Assembly (NCBI RefSeq): GCF_024235695.1
Contig: NZ_JACKLX010000012.1
Length of the DNA: 64,000 nucleotides
Direction: 5' to 3' (one strand)
Source of the DNA: Accumulibacter sp.
GTDB lineage: Bacteria > Pseudomonadota > Gammaproteobacteria > Burkholderiales > Rhodocyclaceae
How positions within the stretch are numbered: position 1 is the stretch's first letter; every line of letters begins with the position of its first letter. Shown piece by piece: positions 53,877 to 63,180 of the stretch. Below the pieces are notes generated by a model that saw only the letters and a list, made by a program, of their open reading frames with translations, searched no databases and was not told the DNA's origin. Position numbers and translations under genes: made by a program.

Positions 53877-54686
53877 ATGCACGAACGCGCTTCCATTCCT
53901 TTTCGCCTTGCCGCCACCGCCGCCGCGCTGGCTTTCTGCGGCGCTGCCGGCGCCGCGCAGGTCCAGGTCACCGTGAATATCGAAAACCTCGCTCCCGCCA
54001 ACAGCATCAGCTTTGCGCCACTGCACGTCGGCTTCGGCAGCGGCAGCTTCGACGCCTTTAACAGCGCTCAGGCGGCCGGTCCCGAGATCATCTCGGTCGC
54101 CGAGCTTGGCGGCGGCACGCAATGGCAGGCGGCTTTCCTGGCGGCCGAGCCGAACTCGACGCGTGGCGTCGTCGGCGGCGCCTTGCTGCCCGGGCAGACC
54201 AGCAGCGCCACTTTCCTGGTCGACGCGATGAGCAATCCCTTCTTCACCTTCGCGTCGATGGTGCTGCCGAGCAACGATTCCTTCATCGGCAACGACTCGC
54301 CGACGCAGTATCGCCTGTTCGACGCTGCCGGCAGTCTGCTGATCGGCTCGATCAGCCAGCAGGCGAGCGACATCTGGGACGCCGGTTCGGAAACCTTCGA
54401 TCCGGCGGCGGCGGCTTTCATCGGCGGCAGCGACGCCACTCAGCGCACCGCCGAGAATTCGGTGGTCGGTTTGCAGTTCGCCAACCTGGCACTGTTCAAC
54501 GGCCAGAACACTGCCGCCGGCTACGTCTTCGCCAGCGGCCTGACGGCCGCCACCGACGTCTATCGGATCAGCTTCCAGGCGGTGCCCGAACCCGAATCCT
54601 TCGCGCTGATGCTGCCTGGCCTGTTGGCCATCGCTTGGGTCGGACGTCGGCGCGGCCGGGCCGCTGCAGCCCTTTCGCCGGTGTGA
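53877..54686 (+). CDS. Spondin_N-domain PEP-CTERM protein
   Basis: V.V.IENL...FAPL, SVAELG, ASMVLPSNDSFIG, WDAGSE; C-terminal VPEPESFALMLPGLLAIAWVGRRR. Confidence 0.85.
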   Translation: MHERASIPFRLAATAAALAFCGAAGAAQVQVTVNIENLAPANSISFAPLHVGFGSGSFDAFNSAQAAGPEIISVAELGGGTQWQAAFLAAEPNSTRGVVGGALLPGQTSSATFLVDAMSNPFFTFASMVLPSNDSFIGNDSPTQYRLFDAAGSLLIGSISQQASDIWDAGSETFDPAAAAFIGGSDATQRTAENSVVGLQFANLALFNGQNTAAGYVFASGLTAATDVYRISFQAVPEPESFALMLPGLLAIAWVGRRRGRAAAALSPV

Positions 54687-54750
54687 ACACGAACGCCGCC
54701 ACGCTGCCAGAGATCGCCCGGCGTCGCCTGGGGAGGGCGCCGGGCGACCG

Positions 54751-55452
54751 ATGAACGAACAGCTGCTGCTCGTCGAGGACGACGACGCGATCGCCGGCGC
54801 CCTGCGCCTGCATCTGGAGGAGGCTGGCTACCGCCTGCATCGCGAGTCGGACGGGCTGCGGGCGATGGCGGCCATCGATCGCCAGCGCTGGGACATGGTG
54901 CTGCTCGACCTGATGCTGCCCGGCGCCGACGGCTGGGATGTCTGCCGCCACCTGCGGGCGCGGCACGCCGACGTGCCGGTGATCATGCTCAGCGCGCGTT
55001 CGGCCGAAGCGCACCGCGTGCTGGGCCTGGAACTCGGCGCCGATGACTACCTGGCGAAGCCTTTCTCGATGCTCGAGCTGGTCGCCCGGGTGCGCGCCCT
55101 GCTGCGGCGCATCGAGCAACTGCGTTCGTCGCCGGCGGTGGCGTCGGAATTGCGCTTCGGCGCGTTTCGGCTCGATACCGTGCGCCGCGAACTGCTGCAT
55201 GGCGACGTCGCGATACCCCTGACCCTGCGCGAGTTCGACCTGCTGCATTTTCTCGCCCGCCACCCGGGGCGCGCCTTCAGCCGCGGCGAACTGCTGCAGC
55301 GGGTCTGGGGCGCCGCCTTCGACGGCTACGAACACACCGTCAACTCGCACATCAACCGCTTGCGCACCAAGATCGAGGAAGACCCGCGCGAGCCGCGGCT
55401 GATCGTCACCGTCTGGGGTGTCGGTTACCGCTTCGAGGGCCAGGCGCCATGA
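54751..55452 (+). CDS. OmpR-family response regulator
   Basis: LVEDD, LDLMLPG, GADDYLAKPF, LTLREFDLL, HINRLR.KIE, TVWGVGYRF. Confidence 0.93.
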   Translation: MNEQLLLVEDDDAIAGALRLHLEEAGYRLHRESDGLRAMAAIDRQRWDMVLLDLMLPGADGWDVCRHLRARHADVPVIMLSARSAEAHRVLGLELGADDYLAKPFSMLELVARVRALLRRIEQLRSSPAVASELRFGAFRLDTVRRELLHGDVAIPLTLREFDLLHFLARHPGRAFSRGELLQRVWGAAFDGYEHTVNSHINRLRTKIEEDPREPRLIVTVWGVGYRFEGQAP

Positions 55453-56951
55453 GCGCTCGCGGTTCGCGTTCGTTCTCCAGCCGCCTGACCCTGGCCATGG
55501 CCATGTTGCTGCTCGCCTACGGTGCGCTGGTCGGTCTGCTCGGCTGGCACGTCGCCGCCGAAGACGAGCAGGAGTCCCTGCAGCGCCTGTCGCACGGACT
55601 GGCGAAGCACATCGTCGAGCACTGGCCGGAGATCACCGTCAGCGACCGCGACGAGGCCGATCGCGCCGCGCGCGACGCGCTGCTGTCGATGCTGATGGTG
55701 GTCAACCCGGGCATCCAGGTGTACGTGCTCGACGCCGACGGCCGCGTGAACGCCTACATTGGCGATCCCGGCATGGTTCGCCAGCAACAGGTCGACCTGC
55801 AGCCGGTGCGCGATTTCCTCGCCGGCGGGCGCCTGCCTCTGCGCGGCACCGACCCGATGGGCTCGGGCGTCCCGCGCATCTTCAGCGCCGCGATGTTTCC
55901 GCCGCGCGCCGACGACGCGCGTCCGCCGGGCTACCTCTACGTGGTGCTCGACGGTCCGGCTCGCGAAGCCGTCGCCGGGCAGCTCAGTCAGCGCCGCGTC
56001 TGGCAGGGCACCGGCCTGGTCGCCGGGCTTGGCCTGCTGGTCACCCTGGCGGTCGGTTTCTTCGCCCTGCGGCGCTTGACGCAGCCGCTGCATCGCCTCG
56101 CCGGGCGGCTGCGTGATTACCGCCTGCGCAACCTTCAGGCGGCCGACGCCGGCGGCTCGTCGACACCGACCGGCGGCGACGAAGTGCTGGCGATCGGTGC
56201 CGCTTTCGACGAGATGACGCAGCGCATCGAGGCGCAGGCGGCGCGCGAACAGCAACAGGCGAGCGCCCACCGTGAAATGATGGCCAGCGTCGCACACGAC
56301 CTGCGGACACCGCTGACCGCACTGCACGGTCACCTCGAAGCACTGGCCGGCAACACCCTGGCGCAGCCCGGGCAACGCCAGCGCGTGCTGGCCGCGGCGC
56401 TGGCGCAGAGTGACAAGGTGCGGCGGCTGTCGCAGCAGTTGTTCGAGCTGGCAGCGCTGCAATCGACCGACCAGCTGGTGCATCGCGAGCGCTTCCGGCT
56501 TGACGAGCTGGTCGCCGACGCCGTCCAGAAGTTCGACCTCGCCGACGGCCCGCCGCCGGTGACCCTGCACGGCGAGCCACCGGGACGCCTCGAGTTCGAC
56601 GGCGACCTGCAACTGATCGAGCGCGCCCTGACCAACCTGATCGACAATGCCATGCGGCACGCTCGCGGCGCCGTACCGGTGCGCGTCAGCGTCAGCCAGG
56701 AGGGTGCCCAGGCGCGAATCACGGTCGAGGATGGCGGCGAAGGTCTGCCCGAGGAATTGCTGCTCCGCCTCGAGAACGGCCAGTCGCTGCGCGACCCGCC
56801 GGTCAGGCGCAGCAGCGGCGGTATCGGCGGCCTTGGCCTGGCGATTGCCCAGCGCGTCGCGGCCTTGCACGGCGGCAGCCTGCGGCCGCTGCCGTCGCCC
56901 AACGGCGGCACGCGCCTGTGCCTGGCGCTGCCGCTGGCGCAGCCGGGCTAG
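55449..56951 (+). CDS. HAMP-domain sensor histidine kinase
   Basis: Two TM helices, AHDLRTPLT, NLIDNAMRH, DGGEG, GLGLAIA; ATGA overlap with the regulator. Confidence 0.93.
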   Translation: MSARGSRSFSSRLTLAMAMLLLAYGALVGLLGWHVAAEDEQESLQRLSHGLAKHIVEHWPEITVSDRDEADRAARDALLSMLMVVNPGIQVYVLDADGRVNAYIGDPGMVRQQQVDLQPVRDFLAGGRLPLRGTDPMGSGVPRIFSAAMFPPRADDARPPGYLYVVLDGPAREAVAGQLSQRRVWQGTGLVAGLGLLVTLAVGFFALRRLTQPLHRLAGRLRDYRLRNLQAADAGGSSTPTGGDEVLAIGAAFDEMTQRIEAQAAREQQQASAHREMMASVAHDLRTPLTALHGHLEALAGNTLAQPGQRQRVLAAALAQSDKVRRLSQQLFELAALQSTDQLVHRERFRLDELVADAVQKFDLADGPPPVTLHGEPPGRLEFDGDLQLIERALTNLIDNAMRHARGAVPVRVSVSQEGAQARITVEDGGEGLPEELLLRLENGQSLRDPPVRRSSGGIGGLGLAIAQRVAALHGGSLRPLPSPNGGTRLCLALPLAQPG

Positions 56952-57042
56952 GCGGTGCGCTGCGCGGCGCGCGCGGTCGCGGTCTTTGCGGCAGGCGATC
57001 GTCTCGCCTACAATCGGTCAGCGTCCACCCGAGGAGTCCGCA

Positions 57043-57246
57043 ATGCCGACCACCACCCTCAAGATCACCGGCATGAAATCCGACGAATGCCTGCGTCTGG
57101 TGATCAACGCCATCCAGGACCTGCCGTGCATCGGCTACGTCGACGTATCGCTGGCGACCGGTGAGGCGATCGTCGAGCACACCGCGATGGTGGACGAAGC
57201 GGACATCCGTCAGATCATCGAGGACGCCGGCTATCCGACCGCCTAG
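57043..57246 (+). CDS. HMA-fold (CopZ-like) small protein
   Basis: MPTTTLKITGMKSDEC...VDVSL..GEA.V.....I...IEDAGY; GAGGAG RBS. Confidence 0.75.
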   Translation: MPTTTLKITGMKSDECLRLVINAIQDLPCIGYVDVSLATGEAIVEHTAMVDEADIRQIIEDAGYPTA

Positions 57247-57354
57247 GGGCCTTGCCTGGCAGTGGTCGTGCGCCGGCAAATGCCGCCCCGCAGGGTGCTG
57301 CACGGAGCCGGTGAAACAGCGGTGATGGCGGGCCGGGCGGAGCTGATCGGCGCT

Positions 57355-60300
57355 TCAGGCCGGCGACACGCATAGCAGGCGCGAACCCAGGAAGTTGCCG
57401 CGATTGCCGGGACCGGCGAGCGCGCGGGCGGCGCAGCGCGCGTGCTCGCGGCCGTAGCTCCACGACCCGCCGCGCAGCACGCGCCGGGTCTCTGCTGGTG
57501 CGGCATCGTCGCGCCCGGCATCAGCCGCACGACGATCGGAACGATGGGGACGATAGGGACGATAGATGCTGTTGGTCCACTCCCAGACGTTGCCGCTGAT
57601 GTCGACCAGCCCTTCCGGCGTATCGCCGCCGGGGAAGACGCCGATCGGCGTCGTGCCGCGGATGTGCGCTTCGAAAGTGTTGCACGCGCCGGCGTCAAAA
57701 TCGTCGCCCCAGGCGTAACGCCGACCACCCTTCCCGCGTGCAGCGGCTTCCCATTCGCTTTCGCTCGGTAGTCGCCAGCGCTTCCCTGTCTGCGCCGACA
57801 GCCAGGCGCAGTAGGCGCGCGCTTCATACCAGCAGATGCCGACCACCGGCTGCGCCGGATCGTTGTACGCGGGATCGTTCCAGTAGTCCGGCTGGGTTTG
57901 CCTGCCGGCCGGATACCAGTCGTCGAGTTGTCCTTCGAATTCGCTCTCGGACATCAGCAGCAGCCTCTGCCAATCCTTTGCCTGTTTCGATGCAATCCGG
58001 CCTTCGCTGAGCAGGTTCTCGATCCGTCGCGGATCGTCCTGAAACCACAGCCGGTTTTGGCGCCACTGCTGTTTCGGCCCCTCCGCCGTTCCTTCGCCGC
58101 GCCGCCAGGCCTGCGCCGCCGTCCCTGCCCACCAGCGTTCGTCGTCGTAAGCGCCGGCCGCGACGAACAAGCGCCACTCGGCATTGGTGAGCGGGAATTG
58201 GGCAATGGCGAAGGCAGCGATCTTCTCCTCGTGTGCCGGCGACTCGTCCTCGTATAGCCCTTCGTCACTGCCGATCGGGTAGCTGCCGGCGGCAATGTCC
58301 ACCAACGGCGGCAGCAGGTAGTCGCCGTAGATCCCTCCATGTTGTGTGAAGCGCGGATCGCCAAGTTCGCCGAGAGCGCTGGCGGCGGCGATGCGCGCGC
58401 GCAGGTCGGCGGCGGAGTCACGGCTGCGGGTGATCAACGCCTGCTGCAGGTCTTTGCGCAGCGCTGCCGGGAGAATTACGTCGGGCGGGGCGGCGCAGCG
58501 GCCGGCAAGCGGCAGGTTGACGGCCATCAAGGCGGCGACGAAGTCCGCAGGCGCTGGCGCCATGGCAGCAGCGAGAATGAAGCTCTCTTCCCAGCCGGTG
58601 GTCGGTGCTGCTGGCAACGGATCGCAGTCGGCGAGGCCGGCGAGCAGCTCGTCCAGTGATGGCGAGATCTGCTCGGCACGCCAGGCGCTGGCGGCTAGCG
58701 CCGGCTGCGGGCGTTCGGCCAGCGCACGGGCGGCGAAGTACTCCTGTAGCAGTTGATGGACGAAGAAGACATCGCCGAACTGCTCTTCCAGAATCTGCAG
58801 CGCGACCCCGGCGTGCAGCAGGAGTGGGCTGGCGCCGTGCGGGTCGCCGAGCAGTTCGAGTGCGTCGTCCCAGGGCACGCGCAGGCGCGACGTTTCGCCA
58901 GGTGCGCGCCGCGCCTGCAAGGCGAAGGCAAGCTGGCACAGCGCCGGCAGCAGCGGCCCGCGAACCGGTAGCTCGGACGCATTGCGCCATTCGTGGCGAA
59001 TGATTCGCGCGTGGTCGTTCTTGTCGAGCAGTGCGCCCGGGCGAAACAGCGGGTTGTCGGCGGTGATCTCGCGCTGCAGCGCCTGCCGGATGAAGCCGGT
59101 GAACAGCGCTGCCTTGCCACTCAGTGCCGGGCCGCTGTCGCCACCTCCGCCGGCCTGCGCGAGCAGCAGCCGCAGGTAGAACGGCGAGCGGAAGAGGTCG
59201 AGCTGCGGCGTGCCGCGCAGTTGCCGCCAAAGCGCCGCGCCGCGATTGACGTCGTAGAGCGTCAGGAATTCCTCGACCTGCGGGTTGCCGAGCGGCTCGA
59301 TGCGTACCTGCGTCACCGGCGCTTCGGGTGTCGACAGCGGTGCGCCGTAGTCGAGACTGCGACACGAGAACAGCGTGCGTGTGCCCGCCGGCACCTCGCC
59401 GAGAAAGTCGCGCCACCAGGCGATGCGCTCGCGATAGCCGTCTTCGTCGGCGTGTGGCAGTTCATTGACCGCGTCGAGCAACAGGACCAGGCGACCGCTC
59501 TGCAGCAGCTCGGCCAGCGCCGGCAGTAGCGGGTGGCGGCGCGCCCATTCCTGCGCCAGCCAGTCGGCTGGTGCCGGCAGTGTCTCGCCGGGGCGCGTCG
59601 GGCGGTAGCGGTTGAGCGGCACGAAGAAGCTCAGCCACGACTGCGCCGGGTCCGCGGCACGCAGTGCATCGACGGCGAGGTCGAGTTCGAGGCGGCGCAG
59701 TAGCGTGCTCTTGCCGCAACCGGGCGGGCCGAGCAGCACCAGCGCCGGCTCCTGCGCCGCGGCGAGGACTTCGCGCAGATCGTCGAAGCTGTTCGGCTGC
59801 GCCTGCCAGCGCGTCCCTTGTCCCGGTCGCGTCCCCTGATCGATCAGCAAGGTCAGGCGGGTAAAGCGCCTGTCGAGAGCGTAGCGCGCCTGCGACCACT
59901 CGGCGATCCGCGCCAGGCGGTAGTCTTCGAGCGTGCGCGGCGAGTGGCGGACGATTTGCTGGCGTGTCCTTTCGTCGAACTCGGGAACTGGTTGTCCCGC
60001 CAGCAGCGCTGCGTGCAGGTCGCCGAGCGCCTGCGGTGGGCCGGGGAAGCCGGGTTGGAAAGAAGCGACCGGCGTGGCGCCGCCGGGGAAACCGGGCGAG
60101 CGAGTGGGTTTGAGCCGCTCGCCGCTGATGCGGGCGAGCAGCGTCCGCTTGGCGGTCGCTTCGTCGAGTCCGACCAGATCAACGTGAGTGACCGCGCGCA
60201 GCAGGCCAGTGAGCTGGCAGGCCGCGATCCTCACCGGCACGAGGACTCCGCTGGTTCCGGCAGGGTCCTGCGCCAGCGCCGCGGCCCATTCGGGGTGGGT

Positions 60301-60522
60301 GAAGAGCGCCGCGAGGTAGTCGCTGGAGACGACGGCGATCGTCCGGCGGGAATTCTCGGCGGCGCGTTGCATGTCGAGGATGAAATTGCCGCCAGCATGA
60401 AAGTCCCAGGCCTGGATCAGCGTGCTGTAACCGGCGTCTTCGAGTTGCCAGGCGATCCATTCCGCCCAGCCCCGGTCGGCGCTGGTGTAACTGATGAAGA
60501 AATCGTGCCTGCCGATGTCCAT
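57355..60522 (-). CDS. TIR + NACHT NTPase + FGE-sulfatase (CLec) NLR-like protein
   Basis: DFFISY...WAEWIAWQLE...PEWAAA (TIR); GPPGCGKST, LLLDAVNE (NACHT); HQLLQEYFAA; PVVGICWYEA.AYC.WL, RLPSESEWE.AAR, GNVWEW, RVLRGGSW (FGE). Confidence 0.9.
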   Translation of the reverse strand: MDIGRHDFFISYTSADRGWAEWIAWQLEDAGYSTLIQAWDFHAGGNFILDMQRAAENSRRTIAVVSSDYLAALFTHPEWAAALAQDPAGTSGVLVPVRIAACQLTGLLRAVTHVDLVGLDEATAKRTLLARISGERLKPTRSPGFPGGATPVASFQPGFPGPPQALGDLHAALLAGQPVPEFDERTRQQIVRHSPRTLEDYRLARIAEWSQARYALDRRFTRLTLLIDQGTRPGQGTRWQAQPNSFDDLREVLAAAQEPALVLLGPPGCGKSTLLRRLELDLAVDALRAADPAQSWLSFFVPLNRYRPTRPGETLPAPADWLAQEWARRHPLLPALAELLQSGRLVLLLDAVNELPHADEDGYRERIAWWRDFLGEVPAGTRTLFSCRSLDYGAPLSTPEAPVTQVRIEPLGNPQVEEFLTLYDVNRGAALWRQLRGTPQLDLFRSPFYLRLLLAQAGGGGDSGPALSGKAALFTGFIRQALQREITADNPLFRPGALLDKNDHARIIRHEWRNASELPVRGPLLPALCQLAFALQARRAPGETSRLRVPWDDALELLGDPHGASPLLLHAGVALQILEEQFGDVFFVHQLLQEYFAARALAERPQPALAASAWRAEQISPSLDELLAGLADCDPLPAAPTTGWEESFILAAAMAPAPADFVAALMAVNLPLAGRCAAPPDVILPAALRKDLQQALITRSRDSAADLRARIAAASALGELGDPRFTQHGGIYGDYLLPPLVDIAAGSYPIGSDEGLYEDESPAHEEKIAAFAIAQFPLTNAEWRLFVAAGAYDDERWWAGTAAQAWRRGEGTAEGPKQQWRQNRLWFQDDPRRIENLLSEGRIASKQAKDWQRLLLMSESEFEGQLDDWYPAGRQTQPDYWNDPAYNDPAQPVVGICWYEARAYCAWLSAQTGKRWRLPSESEWEAAARGKGGRRYAWGDDFDAGACNTFEAHIRGTTPIGVFPGGDTPEGLVDISGNVWEWTNSIYRPYRPHRSDRRAADAGRDDAAPAETRRVLRGGSWSYGREHARCAARALAGPGNRGNFLGSRLLCVSPA

Positions 60523-60860
60523 GACGAGCTCTCGATGCCGGCGGTGGCAGGAGCTCTGCCGCCTCCCTGTGCCTGTCGGTCACGCCCCGCCATCATCCTA
60601 ACGCAAGACCCTTGCGGCTTGGGGGCCGCGCTCGCGTCGGGCGCGGCGCGCCGAGTCGGGTCGCCGGCATTCCTTTCCGGCGCGGGCTGCCTGCGGAAAA
60701 TTCCGGCGGCAAGCCAGGCAGAGCATACGGTTGTTGCGCTCCTGCGGCGCTGTTTGGTGTACTCTGTGCTCCGTTTTCGCCGAGCCGGCACGGCAGTAGC
60801 GCTCGCCGGCGGGGGCCGGTCGGTGTCTTGTGACGTTTGATCTTACCAGGAGGAGGTGTC

Positions 60861-61634
60861 ATGCGTTTTCTAGCCAGGTTGTTGAGTGCGGTCCTGCCGC
60901 TAACGCTGCTGATTGCAGGAGCGGCCGACGCACGCGAATGGAAGGCGATCCAGGAATCGGGGACGATCAAGGTCGCCACCGAAGGCGGCTTCCACCCGTT
61001 CAACTACTACGACGGGCCGAAGCTGACCGGTTTTGAAGTCGAGCTGGCCGAGGCGATCGCCGCCAAGCTGGGCCTCAAGCTGGAATGGAGCGTGGTGCCC
61101 TTCGATGCCCAGATTGCCGCACTCAAGCAGGATCGCTTCGACTTCGCGATCGCGTCGCACGGCTACACCGCCGAGCGCGCCAAGTCGGTCGACTTCGCCA
61201 ATCCGCACTATTGCACCGGCGGCCAGATCGCCGCCCACAAGGATGGCCCGCTGACCGTCGTCGCGCTCAACGGCAAGGTCGTCGGCGTGCAACTGGCGAC
61301 CACCTACGCCGACGCCGCCAGGAAGATCAAGGGCCTCAAGTCGGTCAAGACCTACAAGGGCGACCCCGAAGCCTTCTCGGCGCTGCGCGCCAACAAGACC
61401 GACGCCTGGATTTCCGACAAGTTCACGGTCAAGGCGACACTCGACAAGAACCCCGACGCCGGCATCGTCGGTGGCGATCTGGTATTCGTCGAGCGGGTGT
61501 CGATGATCCTGCGCAAGGGCAACAAGGAACTCGCCGAAAAACTCAACCAGGCGCTCGCCGAGGTAATGAAGGACGGCACCTACCAGGCGCTGTCGCAGAA
61601 GTATTTCAAGGAAGACGTTTCCTGCCGCAGCTGA
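60861..61634 (+). CDS. Polar amino-acid ABC transporter substrate-binding protein
   Basis: Signal peptide, PFNY, GFEVELA, ERAKSVDF..P, DGTY..LS.KYF; GGAGG RBS. Confidence 0.9.
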   Translation: MRFLARLLSAVLPLTLLIAGAADAREWKAIQESGTIKVATEGGFHPFNYYDGPKLTGFEVELAEAIAAKLGLKLEWSVVPFDAQIAALKQDRFDFAIASHGYTAERAKSVDFANPHYCTGGQIAAHKDGPLTVVALNGKVVGVQLATTYADAARKIKGLKSVKTYKGDPEAFSALRANKTDAWISDKFTVKATLDKNPDAGIVGGDLVFVERVSMILRKGNKELAEKLNQALAEVMKDGTYQALSQKYFKEDVSCRS

Positions 61635-61644
61635 GCCAGGGCTC

Positions 61645-62403
61645 ATGAACTGGACCAGGATATACCCGGGATGGACGATGTTTGCCGCGATGCTCGGGCT
61701 GCTCGTCTTTCTCTGGGGGATGGCGATCCCGCTGTCGGCGGCGCCGGAGCCGATCGGCCCGGCGGCGCAGCAGTTTGCCGATGGCGCCCGGATCACCGTC
61801 TGGCTGACCTTGATCGCCGGATCGGTAGGCGTCGTGATCGGTGTTCTCGCCGGTCTCGGCAAGGTCTCGAAGTTCTGGCCCTTGCGGCTGTTCTGCGATG
61901 CCTACGTCTGGCTGATTCGCGGTACGCCGCTGCTCCTGCAGATCCTTTTCGTCTGGCTGGCGGCGCCCGAGCTGATGCCGGAGGGCGTCGTCCTTTCCGA
62001 TTTCGCCTGCGCGGCGATCGCCCTGTCGCTGAACATCGGCGCCTATAACACCGAGTGCGTGCGGGCCGGCATTCTCGCCGTACCGCACGGCCAGATCGAG
62101 GCCGCGCACGCCCTCGGCCTGAGTCCGCTGCAGACCTTCATGGCCGTCGTCCTGCCGCAAAGCATGCGCGTCGCGCTGCCGGCGCTGGCCAACAACCTGG
62201 CGTCGCTGGTCAAGGATTCGTCGCTGGCCTACGCGATCAGCGTCGTCGAACTGACCATGGTCGGCTACCGGATTCAGGCGCAGAGTTACCAGCCGATCCC
62301 GGTATTTCTCACCATCGGCGCGATCTACCTGATCCTGACGACCGCCTTCACCACCCTCACCGCGGCGCTGGAAGCCCAGCTCGACGTCGGGCAGAAGCGC
62401 TAG
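61645..62403 (+). CDS. Polar amino-acid ABC transporter permease
   Basis: RGTPLLLQ, GQIEAA.ALGL, LPQ, VKDSSLA. Confidence 0.92.
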   Translation: MNWTRIYPGWTMFAAMLGLLVFLWGMAIPLSAAPEPIGPAAQQFADGARITVWLTLIAGSVGVVIGVLAGLGKVSKFWPLRLFCDAYVWLIRGTPLLLQILFVWLAAPELMPEGVVLSDFACAAIALSLNIGAYNTECVRAGILAVPHGQIEAAHALGLSPLQTFMAVVLPQSMRVALPALANNLASLVKDSSLAYAISVVELTMVGYRIQAQSYQPIPVFLTIGAIYLILTTAFTTLTAALEAQLDVGQKR

Positions 62404-62415
62404 CACGGGCACGCG

Positions 62416-63171
62416 ATGAATACCGAAACCGCTCTCCGGCCGTTGATCGAAGCCCGCCAGGTCGGCAAGCGTTTCGGCTCCTTTGTTGCCTTGAAGGACG
62501 TTTCGGCGACCTTTTACGAGGGCCAGGTGACGGCGATCGTCGGACCTTCCGGGTCCGGCAAGTCGACCTTCCTGCGCACCCTCAACCGTCTCGAGGCACA
62601 CGATTCGGGCGAGATCGTCATCGACGGCATCACCCTCAACGACAACCTCAAGAACCTTGACGCCATCCGCCGCGAAGTCGGGATGGTGTTTCAGAGCTTC
62701 AACCTGTTCTCGCATCTGAGCATCCTGCGCAATCTGACGCTGGCGCCGATGCGGGTCAGAAAGATGAGCCGGGCCGACGCCGAGGCCAAGGCGATGAGCC
62801 TGCTCGAACGCGTCGGCCTGAGCAGCCAGGCGGCCAAGTATCCGGTGCAACTGTCAGGCGGTCAGCAGCAGCGGGTGGCCATCGCGCGCGCCCTGGCGAT
62901 GGATCCGAAGGTCTTGCTGTTCGACGAGCCGACCTCGGCGCTCGACCCGGAAATGGTCAACGAAGTCCTGGCGGTGATGCGCGAACTGGCCTACAGCGGC
63001 ATCACCATGCTCGTCGTCACGCACGAGATGGGCTTTGCCAGGGAAGTCGCCGACCGGCTGATCTTCTTCGACGAAGGCGTCATCCTCGAAGACACCACCC
63101 CCGAGAGCTTCTTCTCGAATCCCGACCATCAGCGTGCGCAGGCCTTCCTGTCGCAGGTTCGCCACGGCTGA
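62416..63171 (+). CDS. Polar amino-acid ABC transporter ATP-binding protein
   Basis: [43 protein letters not shown]. Confidence 0.94.
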   Translation: MNTETALRPLIEARQVGKRFGSFVALKDVSATFYEGQVTAIVGPSGSGKSTFLRTLNRLEAHDSGEIVIDGITLNDNLKNLDAIRREVGMVFQSFNLFSHLSILRNLTLAPMRVRKMSRADAEAKAMSLLERVGLSSQAAKYPVQLSGGQQQRVAIARALAMDPKVLLFDEPTSALDPEMVNEVLAVMRELAYSGITMLVVTHEMGFAREVADRLIFFDEGVILEDTTPESFFSNPDHQRAQAFLSQVRHG

Positions 63172-63180
63172 TCGGGGCGC

